Assembly (NCBI GenBank): GCA_035221665.1
Contig: CM069149.1
Span: 29,574,001 to 29,638,000 of the forward strand
Origin: Okamejei kenojei
Taxonomy: Eukaryota
DNA length: 64,000 nucleotides
Direction: 5' to 3'
Positions 37,241 through 50,818 of the stretch are shown here, piece by piece. Each line of letters opens with the position of its first letter. Within the stretch, counting starts at the first letter, position 1. Both the position numbers and the translations under genes were made by a program. Under the pieces are notes generated by a model, which was not told where the DNA came from, made no database searches, and saw nothing but the letters and a program-made list of their open reading frames with translations.

Positions 37241-38300
37241 TGTATTAAATGATGAACCCCTCAGATCATTAGTGTTTGTACTTTAATTATAACTAGCGTA
37301 CGAGAATGTAGGGTTGTGATTATTAAGTTTTCAGAGAACACAAAATTTGGTAGATAAAGAACATTGTTAGAAGGTACTATGGGACACAAATAAGCTGTAA
37401 ATTTGTAAAAAATTGTGGCAGTTAATATTTAATCCTGAATACATTGCAGGGACTTGAGAAGCATGGTGTTCAGAGAGATATTGGGTGCAAGTCCATAGCT
37501 CTCTGAAACTGGTGGCTCAGGTGGAGGTGGGAGTGAAGAAGGCATTTAGGATGCTTGCCTTCATAGGCCGAGGCTTTGAGTATAAGAAATGGGATTTCAT
37601 GTTGCAGCTGTACAAGGCACTGATTAGACTGCTCTTGGAGTATTTTGTTGCCACACTACAGGAAGGATATGGTAGCAGTAGAGAGAATACAGAAAAGTTT
37701 CACCAGAATGTTAAGCAAAACAGAGCTGGAGGAATTTGTGGGTTAGCTGGCATCTGTGGATGGAATGGACAGATGGTGTTTCGGCTTGGGACTGGCCATC
37801 TTCAGACTGGCCCGGGGGTTTGCCTGGAATGGAGAGCTTTGCCTAAAAGTAGAGATTGGGTAGGCTGTGTTTATGTAGAAGGCTGAGGGATGATCGTGTA
37901 GAAGTTCATAAAATCAGAAGGGGCACAGATAGTTAGTATTTTTAGGACAGTATAGGGCAGGGGTTTAAGGTGAGTGTGGATAAATTTAAAGGTATTTGAC
38001 CATGTACTTGGATGTCAAAGGTGCAGAGAGATACAAGCCTAAATGTAGGCAAATGGGATTAGCATAGATAGTCATCGCAATCGGCATGGATGAAGTGCGC
38101 TGAAAGCTCCCGTTTGCCCTTACCCGTTACCCAAGAGAGAGTTAGATAGAGATCTTAAAGATAGTGGAGTCAGGGGATATGGTGAGAAGGCAGGAACGGG
38201 GGTACTGAATATGGATGATCAGGCATGACCACAGTGAACGGCAGTGTTGGCTCAAAGGGCCAAATGGCCTACTCTTGCACCCATTGTCTATTGTTTCTGT
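37240..38300 (+). mobile_element. CR1-type LINE fragments (composite)
   Basis: QVHSSLK..VKKAFRMLAFIGRGFEYK..LQLYKALIR plus CR1 3' tails. Confidence 0.75.
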
Positions 38301-41300
38301 GCGGTATGATTTGATAAAATGATACATCTGTGTGCAATAGGATTTCCTTGAGCAAAGATAACAAATGATATGGTGCAGAGTCATGAAGGAAGGTATGAAG
38401 TGCAGATTTCCTTGGATCTACTTGAATAACAGAAAGGTCAAATAATATTTATTTTACCTTTGTTTACTATGTTCAAATATCATGGTATGTTACAGATGGG
38501 ATGATATAGCCAAATATGGAAAATGTTATGCCCAGTTGAATTGATTTTTAATCTGAAGGATGTGTTGGAATTAATGAAAGAATGGTTCTGTCCCCTATTG
38601 TGAGAGTAATTTTAATCCAAAAGTGAGTACATTGGTTGGTCTGCCCCTTAAAATTCCAATCCCATTAACACTTTCTTTTATTGTGACAATTATTCTCTGT
38701 TTCCTGCAAATGGAATTTGGCAATTTGATGCCGTTGGAGTGAGGTGGATATGAAGGATGGTCTGTCTGATTGAGCTTTGAATACATATAGAGTTACAGAT
38801 GCACACAGTGGGTGCCAGGGTAGAAAATGTCCCAGACCGTGAAACTAACATCCCTTAACCTGATGGGCATCTAAAAAAAGAATGAAATGATTATTATGAA
38901 CTTCAACTGAAACATTGCTGAGCATTTGCAATGTGCCCGTCTTTTGTAATGATTTCCAGGTCTGCGGCATTGGAAATGGTGTTTTTTAGAGAATAGTGAG
39001 TGTGAACTGTAACTGTGGTAAATCTGAAGAAAGTATTCATTGTGAAACATGATTTATTATGGCTCTAGCCTGTCTGTATGTATGTGCTCAGGCCTGAATG
39101 TTGAAATTTTAATGATTTGTCATAACTATTTTTAACAAATAAAGCTAAATGCTTCAAGCTGGGTAGTTTTACATGCAGAAGCCAAATATCTCGACATCAG
39201 TTTTTTTTTTAACTTGGAAGTATTAGGAGTTGTAATGATGCGTTTCACTGAATTTTACTCATTCATTGAAAAGTAAACTGCCAACACTACCACTTTTTAT
39301 AAAACCTTATTTTGTACAGTTTGTGATAACAACATGAGATTATCGGGGTTTTTTTTATATTATCTTTTTTTTTGCTCCTTTGTTATTTTGGTTGCAGAGT
39401 TCTTAAGACAAAATGCACTCTAATGTTTCTGTCGCAGTTACATATTAATGTATCTTTTTGGCCAAGATCTCTTTGCTACATTTATTTTTGACTAGTGTGT
39501 AAGATATTTCAAATTTAAGTGAACGTTTGTATTGCAACATTTTTAACATGTTTAAAATATTGTCAAATCTAATTATTAGTAACACGTTTTAGTTGTAAGA
39601 TCAGTGTTGCTGAGGCACCGCAGGAGACTGGAATGTTTAAGGCATTATGACGTTCATAATTCTTGTCTGTATAACTTTAGTTTATTGAGCATTTTGGAAA
39701 CCTATATTGGAACAGGGGCAGAATCGGGTGGGGTGCGGTTTCATAAAACTACCAGCAAAGGAACAATATATCCCGAAACCTGACGTGCGCATTATTGTTG
39801 CAAAATCCATTTGTCTGCCAAACAGTGTAAAAGGTTTTGGAGAAAGTACTATAACTGCTGCTTTCCTCGTGAGCCGTTAACCTTTATCATTTAATTTCTA
39901 AATCTTTTCCACATGGAAATAAAATGACAGCTTGAAAAAGTAATGAACTAAAACTGCCTTTTATATTGTGATCGCTCCGTTTGAAAGTCTGCATGAATGT
40001 TTAATTTGCTTGACATTCAGCCCTTCTAAGTACCGCATGATAGTTAGAATAAAACTCTGACCTCAGATTTCATGTGTAGATAGATATTCAACCAATTTGT
40101 CTAGATTTGGTTGGAGGCCATCTATATAAATGCCAAATCATTCTCAGTTGACAATTAGTTGCAGTAATTTTGCATGGTTTAGTTTACAGAACTCATTTTC
40201 TAGTTCAGGACTTCCTGCAGAATAAATGTGCAACTTATGCAAAATTTCATTTGTTAATTGTGGATAGAATTCTGTCTCAAAATGGAATGCAGTTGTTTCC
40301 AAATGTGGAATGTTATTTCAACTTATTGCCTTCAGTATTAACTGTTGGTTATAGATCTGTATGTGCACGACGCAGGTACGTCGAATAATAAATAAGGATC
40401 ATTGAGCCGTTTTAAAATCGTACCCGTTTGTGTGTGTTTGTATGTTCACTCACTCTTTCTTTGAGTCCTTGCTGATCCTGTTGCGATGTCTCATTTCAGT
40501 CTATCCTCCAAGGGAAATATTTAAACCTAGGGCATCTGAACTGGTTGTAGTCAGCATGGCTCCAAAACAGCCTGCAGCTCGGCACAAATAGGGAATTGAG
40601 ATCATTTGGAGAAACCTAAATGATAGCTTGTGGACTTTAATGTCAGTTATGTTAAAGTTGTCTTTTGGTTATGCATTTTTCTGAATTTGGAGCTAAATGT
40701 GAATGTTTAAACCCAAGTTAGCATGGATGAAAAAGATGTGATTCAGCCCTTTCAATGCTTCTTTCTCCCATGGCCCAGATATAAACAACATCCACCCAAT
40801 ACTGTTGGTGATCTGATGAAAATAAAATAAAATTAGATACAGAAAGATTTGTCCAACTTTGTGGTTTTGCCTATTAATCTCAGTTGGATTGTAATGGATT
40901 TGTTTACTTGCCAGGTTTGTTCTGCTCACTTTACTTTCTAAAGACAGAGTAAAAGGGCCAAAGATTCTGTTGCCAGTGATGGGAGAGGAAGAGGGTTTCT
41001 CATCCATACATTTACATGTCTCAAGTGTGGACATTGTTCATCAGGAAAGCAATTGCAGTCAAGTTTGATCCACTGTCAATGCAACAATGCATTTCTTTGT
41101 AGAATTTGATAGATAACAGGGCAGACTCGCAAGCTGCTCTGTCCTTTCTAGACTTTGGCACTGAGGCTAATTATAACACAATATCATGAATTAAGATCAG
41201 TTCATCATATAAATTGGTTGAATGTGAGACGTTCCTGCGATTTGCCCATTGATTGGATCGAGTCATTGATCAATCCCGAAAAGTGAAGAGCAAATCATTT

Positions 41301-42209
41301 GATCTCAGCATTGCATTGTAATTATTTAAATAATTGTATACTTTCTGCAAAGACCTATTTTCCAGTTATTTGTTCTCAATTTGAAGACCAAGTGTCTGAA
41401 GAAATCTGCATGTTCCGATATTGCCATTTAGGTAATATAGGTCCACCACCGATTTTTCCAGAACCCCTAGCTCCAGAGACCTTGCTGGATTATCTGCTTT
41501 TACAGACCAATGGAGGTCACAGCCTCTGAGAGGAGTTGAATGGACAACCTACATTGACGGGGAGGTGAGATACTGGCCCACAAAACCGACCTTGGAAGTC
41601 GACTATGGGAATGGATCTGCTGGGTTGGAGTTCAAGAACCTTGGCTGCAGGGGACAAATTCAACTTGCTGATCAGCTGCAGAAGTCCTGGTGGGGTTAAG
41701 ATCGGCCGCCTCACCTGGCCTAGGTGCCACATTTTCAGAGGGATTTCAAGTGCGACCTCGTAATTTCATCCAGATTAAAGGAGGTGCTGGAAAATCCCAA
41801 GGCAGGAAACTCTTAGAGGCACAAGGAACTGCAGATGTTGGAATTTTGAGCAAAACCTGCTGGAATAACTGAGCGAGTCAGGCAGCATTTGTGCAGGGAA
41901 TGGATTGGGCATGTTTAGGTCAGGATCCTTCCTCACACTGTAAGTGGAAACTCCTACCTTGGTTTGGTTAATTGTGTATTTTACTGCTTTCTGTGAGGTT
42001 TTCTGCACACTTTCTTCCCTCTTTTTGAATAGTCTCCTCTTGTCTGAGTAATGGAATTCCGCATTTTGACAGTAGCACCGAGGTGTGTGATTGTTGTCTG
42101 ATTCTGGCCTCTAGTGTTTCAGCAAGTTCATCAACGATTGCAGGCATGATCATAATTGAGCGTGATCACACGTGCAACGGAAGTTGCCAAATGAGATACA
42201 ACCAAAGGT

Positions 42210-42935
42210 ACACAAAAAGCTGGAGAAACTCAGCGGGTGCAGCAGCATCTAAGGAGCGAAGGAGATAGGCGACGTTTCGGGTCGAGACCCTTCTTCAGAC
42301 TGGTAGGGATCAGGGAAACGAGAGATATAGACGGTGATGTGGAGAGATAAGGAACAATGAATGAAAGATATGCAAAAAAGTATCGATGATAAAGGGAACA
42401 GGCCATTGTAAGCTGTTTGTGGTGTGAAAATGAGAAGCTGGTGCGACTGGGGTGGGGGAGGGAGATAGAGATAGAGGGAATGCCAGGGCCCAAGGGCTGA
42501 GGGAGAGGTGGGAAGGGGAGGAGACAGCAAGGGTTAACAGAATTGAGAAAATTCAATATTCAAGCCCAAAGATGTCTCCTCCCCTTCCCACCTCTCCCTC
42601 AGCCCTCGGGCCCTGGCATTCCCTCTATCTCTATCTCCCTCCCCCACCCCAGTCGCACCAGCTTTTCATTTTCACACCACAAACAGCTTACAATGGCCTG
42701 TTCCCTTTATCATCGATACTTTTTTGCATATCTTTCATTCATTGTTCCTTATCTCTCCACATCACCGTCTATATCTCTCGTTTCCCTGATCCCTGACCAG
42801 TCTAAAGAAGGGTCTCGACCCGAAACGTCGCCTATCTCCTTCGCTCCTTAGATGCTGCTGCACCCGCTGAGTTTCTCCAGCTTTTTGTGTACCCTCGATT
42901 CTTCAGCATCTGCAGTTCCTTCTTTAAAAAAAAAA
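42210..42935. mobile_element. Young palindromic Penelope-derived insertion (inverted terminal repeats, two hammerhead motifs, A-tail, 17-bp TSD)
   Basis: Arms 42207-42526 and 42573-42893 are reverse complements; gagatacaaccaaaggt is duplicated at 42193-42209 and 42936-42952. Confidence 0.92.
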
Positions 42936-45900
42936 GAGATACAACCAAAGGTGGCAGGTTGAACGTTGGAACCTTCCTTTTTAGTTGACCTCGCATTTTC
43001 TGGGCAATCATCTAAATGACTTGAATGGTCTTGTCATGGTATCTACAATGTTGGAAAATGAAACATTTGCACTTTGCAGTGGAAATGGAGCTAGCACTGA
43101 TCCTTTGGCGAAGACCAAACTGCTGGAGGAACTCAGTGAGTCGGCTCCAAATAGACAGGTGGCATTTTGGATCAGCGCCCTTCTTTGGACATGGAGATTG
43201 GTGGTCGAACGAGGTGAGGGGAAAGGGCATGTCTCCAGCACTGAACCTTTACTGGATGACCCAAGAAGGTAACCTACTTTGGGTCATCCCTGTGGAGGCC
43301 AAGAGTTTTGGAGGTTCTGTCAGAGACAATAGATTGGGTTTAAGAAGTTTTGTACAGTATATGGCCAGAGGACTGAATTTGTGGGAAAGGGTGTTCCAGA
43401 GTACCAGACTGAGATGATTGAAGGCTCTTGCCATGCTATGGCACTGTGTGCAAGAGATGGATGATCTCAAAACTTGGAAAGGAGGGAGTGGAATGGACTA
43501 GGATTATAATATTAAGATTGGCTTACGTAAATTGGAAAGTCTAGTTGAAATTTGAAGGGGGCAAAGTTCGGAGCTGAATAGGAAATAGTGATTCCCGCAG
43601 GTTTAAACTTAATCTTCATATTCAGGTCTCCTCCATTTTCACTTCCACAGCAATATCCATAGTAATTTCTGTTGTGATGATTCAATAGCCTGTACATGAA
43701 GCTAAAGTCTGCTTAAAGATTTTCAACACCATATTTCTAACATCCGTTGTTTGAAATCTAAAATTCACACTTGCTAACTTCAGCTGTCTTATCAGCAATC
43801 AATTAAGTGCATAATATTGCTGTAGTTGTTTGCCCCTCATGCGTTTAAATATTAGTTGCAATGAAGTGCTGACAACAGGCCTGATAAGGCTAAGAGGGGG
43901 TAAGCCTTTGGAAGCTTGTTGATATTCTTTGTCTGAGACGGGGAACAATAGCTCTTGTTGGAGAGAGTGCTCACAGGTTAATAATACACATTTTGTATTC
44001 ACACCCAAAAGATGTTTACTTGCCAACGGTACTGGAGAATGTCCAATTCTATCCAAGAGTGATATTTTCAAGAAGTGAGAATGAAACGGTGGTGAAGAGA
44101 TGATGAAAGCATATTTTTGTTGATTCATTTTTCAGGTTGTTGACATTGTCAGCAAGGCCGGTGTTCACTGTCCATCCCTAATTGCCCTAATGAAGCAGGT
44201 GGTGTGCTGTCACCTTGCACGGCAGTGGTCCTTCTGGTGAAGGTGCTCCTGTGGGCGGCGGGATTCCCATACAGCCATGGCCCTGTCATCCTAGGTGGTA
44301 GAGGCTGAGAGAGTTGGAGCTGCAGTCAGTATTTCTGCATTGCTGGTGGAGACAATTAATGTTTGCAGTGATGGCCAGGGCACTACTCAAGTGGACTACT
44401 CTGGCTTTCTTGTTTTGGGGCATCTTGTTGTTGATGTGCTGATATAGGCAAATTGAGGGACATCATCCTCTTGTCATGCCTTGTGGAAAGGTCTTGGGGC
44501 ATCAGGATGTGAGCAGGATACCCACATCTCTTTTAGGCATAGTTTGAATGTGACCAGTCAGTTGAGTTTCTGGTTGATGTTGGACTTGGCAAGAATATTA
44601 TCTCTGAACATCAAGGGCATATCAAGGGTCAGAACTGCCCTTACTGGATATAGTGATTGCTGGCAAATATTGACTTGCCTCATCAGCCCATGTCTGAATA
44701 TGGTCTTGGTGGTACTACACAGAGGAGTAGGCTGCTTCAATTGCTGACGAGGTGGAAGAAAGGTGATGCAATCATCAGTGAATGTATTCACCTTATGGAG
44801 GTTGGAAAGTCACTGATGAGGCAATTGAAGGTGGTTGGATCTTGGACACTGCTCTGTGGAGTTCCTGCAGAGATGCTGGGTTGTTTCACCTCCGACAGCC
44901 GTGGTTATGTACCTTTGGGCAAGGTATGCCTCCAGTCACTGATCCCCATCACAGTTTGATCCCACTCTTAGTTAAAATGCTGCCTTGATGTCAAAAGCAG
45001 TCATTCTCGTTTGCCCTATGCAATTCTGTGTTTGGACCATGGCTGTGATAAGGTCTGGAGCCAAGTGGTCCTAGGCATCAGTGGATAGGGAAGAAGAGAG
45101 AAGCAAGGAACTGCAAATGCTGGAATCTTAAGCAAAACACAGAGTGCTGTAGGAACTCAGTGGGTCAAGCAGCATCAATAGAGAGGCAACATTTCTGGCA
45201 CAGAGCTCTTTCCACCTGAAGAACGGTTCATACCCAGAACGTTGTCTCTCCATTTTCCTTGTAAATATTTATCGAGTTCACTTTTGAATATTATACTTAA
45301 TTCTGTCCAGATAAGTACTCTTAACAATCGTTTCCCCTTGTGTTCGTTTTAATATAGACTATTTCTCAGTGTCCTTTGTTTCCGACCATCCTCCAATGGG
45401 AATAGTGTCCATTTAATTACCTTTATGGGTTTAAATGCTTCTATTAGATCCTATTTTGACCCAAGGAGAACAGCTTTAGCTCCTCTAGAACCTCCTCTCC
45501 AGAATCATCCTGATTAGTTTCATCTGCACCCACTTTGATGCCTTTAGATTTTTCTGAAATTGTCATGTCTAATACTGCAGATCGGATATCGTTCTTGAGG
45601 AAAGATAAGGGTGCCCTTATGACCCACTTTGATGCCTTTATGTTCATTCAGACTAGCTTGCTCAAGCATCTGAGCTTTGTGAACCTGCTTGCTAATGTAG
45701 ACCCTGCTTTCTCATAGTCGGCGGAATCTCCCTTCTACTTTTAGCAGTTTTCCAGCAGAGGTGAAGGGGTCTGCAGCAGTCAAGTCCTCTCGGTTTCAGG
45801 TCCCTGGCCATGTTCCTGGTACTTTGTTCTTTCAAGCTGTGCTCGTGATGGTAGAGGAGAATATTTTCCTCTTGCGAAGCAACCTTTACCCTTCCCCACA

Positions 45901-46516
45901 ACTCTCTCTCCCCCGCCTTCATTTTCTCTTGAGTGTAGTGATTATGTTACTCGTCCATCCTGGAGTCTTGATTCCTATCCACACAGCCAGCAGGCATCCT
46001 GTACCTGTTGGACAACGTTCCTGCATCACTAGATTTTACTTAAAACCTTTATTTATTCAAGGCATGTTGACATTGTTAGTAAGGTTGGTGCTTATTGTTT
46101 ATCTCTAATTGCCCCTCACATTAGAGGGGCCAGGTTAATATGGCTGCTGGTTCAATAAAGGATGGTGGGTTCCTTTTTAGAGTGGTACTCTGCATGGTTT
46201 CTTCTGAAAATCTGGCAACTTTATGTTTACCAACATTAATTCTAACTTTTTATTCCAGAGTTAATTAATTGCTTAAATTTAAATGTGGGATTCAAACTCG
46301 TGCCTCTGGATCAATGGTCCAGTAACACAACTGCTTTACGGTCACCCTCCGAGACTGACATTTTGTCCCTGACCACTGCGCCAATCTAGGCTGGTACCCA
46401 TGCGGTGCAACAGTCAGCTTTTCCAGGCAACTTTTCCCCCTTGGCCATGGCAGTGTCTTCTGCAGTTTGGACTCCTGCTCAACATCTCTGAAGCAGTTCC
46501 TTAATACATGTATGTG

Positions 46517-46646
46517 TAGGAAGGAGCGGCAGATGCTGGTTTAAACCGAAGACAGACACAAAAAGCAAGAGTAACTCAGCGGGACAGGAAGCGCCTCTGG
46601 AGAGAAGGAATTAATGACATTTCAGGTCGAGACCCTTCTTCAGACC
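46517..46646 (-). mobile_element. Penelope-like terminal fragment with hammerhead motif
   Basis: Minus strand reads ggtCTGAAGAagggtctcgacctGAAAtgtca; ccttaatacat occurs on both sides (46499-46509, 46645-46655) as a TSD-like repeat. Confidence 0.8.
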
Positions 46647-48029
46647 TTAATACATCTTCACTGACAACAAATGTGTTCCTTATATGTGATTGCAATAATC
46701 CTCTCCAACTGTGCTAGTGACAGTATATCACTCAGCTTGCCATTTCTTTCAAAACTAGTTTTATATATGTTCAGATTTTGTTTTACTTGTTGCCTAATTT
46801 TGTTGCTTAACTAATTTCATATTTAAGGTTAATTACATTATTTTTTTTCTGAATGCAAGACACTAGCTAATTATGTAATTAGACACTTCCTGTCACAAAC
46901 CATCACATGCATTGGAGGGACGGAGGAGCAAGGTAGGGAGGGAGGGAGTGAGTGTTCTGTAGGTATGACTGTTAGCCTGTTGCCACAACTTTCCCTTTTA
47001 CTCCGGTCCCCTCACGTTTCCGATCAGGACTTTGTAAGGTTGATTGGGCATGGAACAACTTGATCATATGAGTTGCAGAGGTCAATGTGAGGTGGTGCAT
47101 CCAGTTTTATTCATTTTTTGTTTCAGCAGTGCAGTTACAGTACAACAAAGTGGCGTGCGAGACCATTTCAGAGGGTAGGTAAGAGTCAAACAAATTGCCA
47201 TAATTAATAAACCATGAATCCATTCAATCTTAATCACCGCACTATTGCGTGCATTGACTACATTGTCCGACAGTTCGGCTAAAATGACTACATATTGTAT
47301 CTAAAATGCATCCTGTATGAGCATGTTTTAAAGATAAATCTTTCCTTTTGTAATGCCTTTTGAAAATGATAGTGCCTTAGCCTAGTTTTGTGTTACTGTT
47401 TTAAGAAGAGGAACAAAATACTGCAAACATTGTGGTTGACCATAAGCACAGTTTAAAGGAGTAATTTGAAATAAAACTCCAAGCTGCAGTCAAATAACCT
47501 TAATCTTGTAGCTTTGAGTTTGGTACACTTGGTCCTGACCAGGTCATCTGTGATCTGGCTGCAGCTGACAATGAGTTGGAACTGCTTGTATTTTGGGTAC
47601 CCATTTTGATCAGATGGATATTGTGCACAAAATGGCAGGTTTGATTCATAAATTATATATACGCACAGTCTCGTTTACTGTTAATGTAGGTGCACTGTCT
47701 CAGAGAATAAATACATAACAGGGTGGAAGATGTAATTTGTTTTAAAGAGTTTCTATTCTGCAAAATAAATACATTTGACCAAAAAGTTGCATTTCTGCTT
47801 GATTCTTTCTAGTCACACAGCCTTGTTCTCTGTGATCTACAAGTGCAACAATTTGTTGAACTATTAAGATCTCCATCCCCACTGCTTTTTGTTAGAGAGA
47901 TGCTATCACACAACTGTGTTTTTCCTTGTGCATGCTTGTTCTCTTCCTGTTGATGTACCGTGTGTGTGTGTGTGTGGAAATATATACATATATATGTATT
48001 CTCTTTCTATTCTTATTTCTTTGCTGCAG

Positions 48030-48071
48030 ACCGAGTTTTGGCAGGACAGCAAAACAACCAGGATGTTCCAG
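48030..48071 (+). CDS. Candidate 42-nt alternative cassette exon of YAF2 (PSFGRTAKQPGCS)
   Basis: Long polypyrimidine tract + tgcag acceptor, CAG|gtaagt donor, phase 2/2, open in the YAF2 frame. Confidence 0.5.
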
Positions 48072-48364
48072 GTAAGTCACTGCAATGGTTCTTATATATG
48101 ATCCAACTGGCCCTGCGATTCGTGGATCCTTCCAAGCCCCCAGCCGGCTTCATTCATCTTGATTTGTTGGTTGGCATATTTTGATTTAACTATGGCATTT
48201 AGATATGACTCTTATTTAAAATATGAGGGCTATTGTTAATTTTGTGTGAAGATTCGCACGGACAAATTCCATCTAAGTGCACCAAATAAATTCTAGAATC
48301 CCAGCTGTACGCATGAAGCAGTAGACCACAATTAACTTGCAGCAGGTGTAGTATTACTTGTCAT

Positions 48365-48408
<44 letters not shown>

Positions 48409-48699
48409 TATATATAAATAAATAATATATACTGTTCTTTTGGTATCAGGCTTGTTAAATATTTTGACCTTGACATAAATACTGCAGGTTCGTCTCCAAA
48501 TACTTCATCAAAAACATGTGTTGTGATTGGTAATGCCAGCTCAGTGCACAACAGCAGTGATGCTGTCTGTTAGATGCTGGCGTATAGCAGCATGGACAAT
48601 GCTTCAGTTTAATATCTACATTCCTTGTTTACAATTTAAAACCGGTATTTCTGCTAAAGTTTGACCATTTGTGAAAATACATACTCAACTTTATAAAAA

Positions 48700-50330
48700 C
48701 GAGGAGCACAAGACGTGGGAGCAGAATTAGGCCATATGGCTTATGGAGCCTGCTCCACCTTTCGATCGCGGCTGATCTATTTTTACCTCTTATTCCCAAT
48801 CTCTTGCCTTCTCCCAATAACTTTTGATGCCCTTACTAATCAAGAACCTATCAATCTCTATCTTAAAAATACCCAATGACTTTGCCTCCGCAGCCAACTG
48901 TGGCAATAAATTCCACAGATTCTCCAGCCTCTAACTAAAGAAATTCCTCCTCATCACCATTCGAAAGGTACGCCTTTTTATTCTGAGGCTGTGCCTTCTG
49001 GTCCCAGATTCTCCCACTAATGGAAACAGCAGGCCATTTAACTCCTAGTGCCTGCTCTACATTTTATTAGGACTGGCTGATTTTCCACCTCAGAGCCATT
49101 TACCTGTGTTCTCCCCAGAAACCCGTGATGTCCTTAAATATCCAGTATTTTTTCAACCTGTGTTTTGAATGAACTCAATGACCTGGCTCTACAGCTCTCC
49201 CTGGTAGAGAATTTAAATGATTCATCACCCTTTGAATGAAAATATATTTGCTCATCTCAGTCGGGAAAGGCCCAAGTCTCTCACCCCTGCTTTAGATACA
49301 TTAGCACACAGAAACATCCTCCTGCAGTCAGCCTGTTACATCCAGTGTGAATTTTCTACATTTCAACAAGATTCCCTGTCATTCTTATTAATTCTTGAAG
49401 TTTTGGGCGTATTCCATTCATCTCATACAGCAAACCTTCCATCCCCAGACCCATTAGTCAATCTTCCCTGTATACTTTCTGTGGTAAGTATATCCATTTT
49501 TGGATAAGGAGACCAAAATCATGCGCAATACTCCAGATGCAGTCTCACCATTATTCTCTACAACTGTAGTAAAGCTTCATGTTCTCTCAAAATCCTGTCG
49601 TAAGACTGTCCTATATATAATTTGTCTTGTCTCTCCATATAATATTCCATCTGCCATGTTCACGCCAACTCAGTCACTTTTGAAGGCTCTTTACATACTC
49701 TTTCATGTTCACAGTCCCCATTAGTTTGGTATTTTTAGCAAACTTGCCTATATATGTCATTTAGTCTCCTTACACCAATCCGTAGGGTCCTCCACCAGTC
49801 ACACCCGGCCAACCTGAGAAAGTCTGCTCTCTTCCCACTCCACTTTCTGTATTATAACCAATTCTTAAGCCACATCTGTATGTTCCACACCCCACCCATC
49901 CCCCTCCATCCCCTTCCAAATTCAATTTGCTCGAAGCGAGTTGATCAAGATTCTTTGCAGAACCTTATCGAATGCCTTCCAAATATCTAATTTGTTGATT
50001 TTTCCCTCATCTGCTCCAGTACGTAAACTCTAAAATCGTTTACTGGCAGATTAGTCAAATGTTTTTTCTTTATAAATCCATGCTAACTTCATTTTACTTT
50101 TCATGTATTCTGTTTTTAATCCTTGATTTTAGATTGCACCTGCACTGATGTTAGGTTAACAGGTCACTTGTTTCCTGTTTTCTCTCTCTAACCTTTAAAT
50201 GGGATCACATTTGCTATCCTCCAATCCACAGAAATAATTTTAGAATCTGTGGAATGTTAGATGATGAAATCCAGAGAATCCACGATCTCTAACCGCCTCT
50301 TTCAAAAGTGGCATTGCATGTGTGTTGATC
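48700..50330 (-). mobile_element. Degenerate CR1-type LINE fragments
   Basis: CR1-like 3' tail (ggagcagaattaggccat) and reverse RT motifs (aaccttatcgaatgccttc = KAFDKV; ataaatccatgct = HGFI). Confidence 0.7.
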
Positions 50331-50818
50331 CAAGGAAATGTCAATAGTTTGAAGTATTTGAAAAGCTTGAATAGGGCAGTGTTGCTGCTTGACAATATTA
50401 GAGTTCCTTGTTCAATCCTGACCTTGGGTGCTGTTTGTGTGGAGTTTGCATGTTCTTCCTGTAACCGCACAGGTTTCCTCCAGGTGTTCCCAGTTCCTTG
50501 CACATTTGGTTGGTTAATTATCTTCTGTTTTTCACCCTTTTTCTAGATGAGTGTGAAAGATTCAAAGGTGAGATGATGGGTTGTGAAAAAGTAAAATATA
50601 GAGATACAGGGAAACAAAAGGGAGGAGTTACTGATAGGGACACAAACTCCAAATGCTTCAATCGTCAGCAAAGGAGAAGATGCTGCAGGACCTCAATAGG
50701 CCAACAGCTTCAGTAGAGGGAAATGGATAAACAATATTTTGGGTTGGAACTGCGAACTGATTGGAGTAGGGCAGAGAAAGCTGGAAAGGTGGGGGTGGGA
50801 CAAAACCTGCCACAGTTA

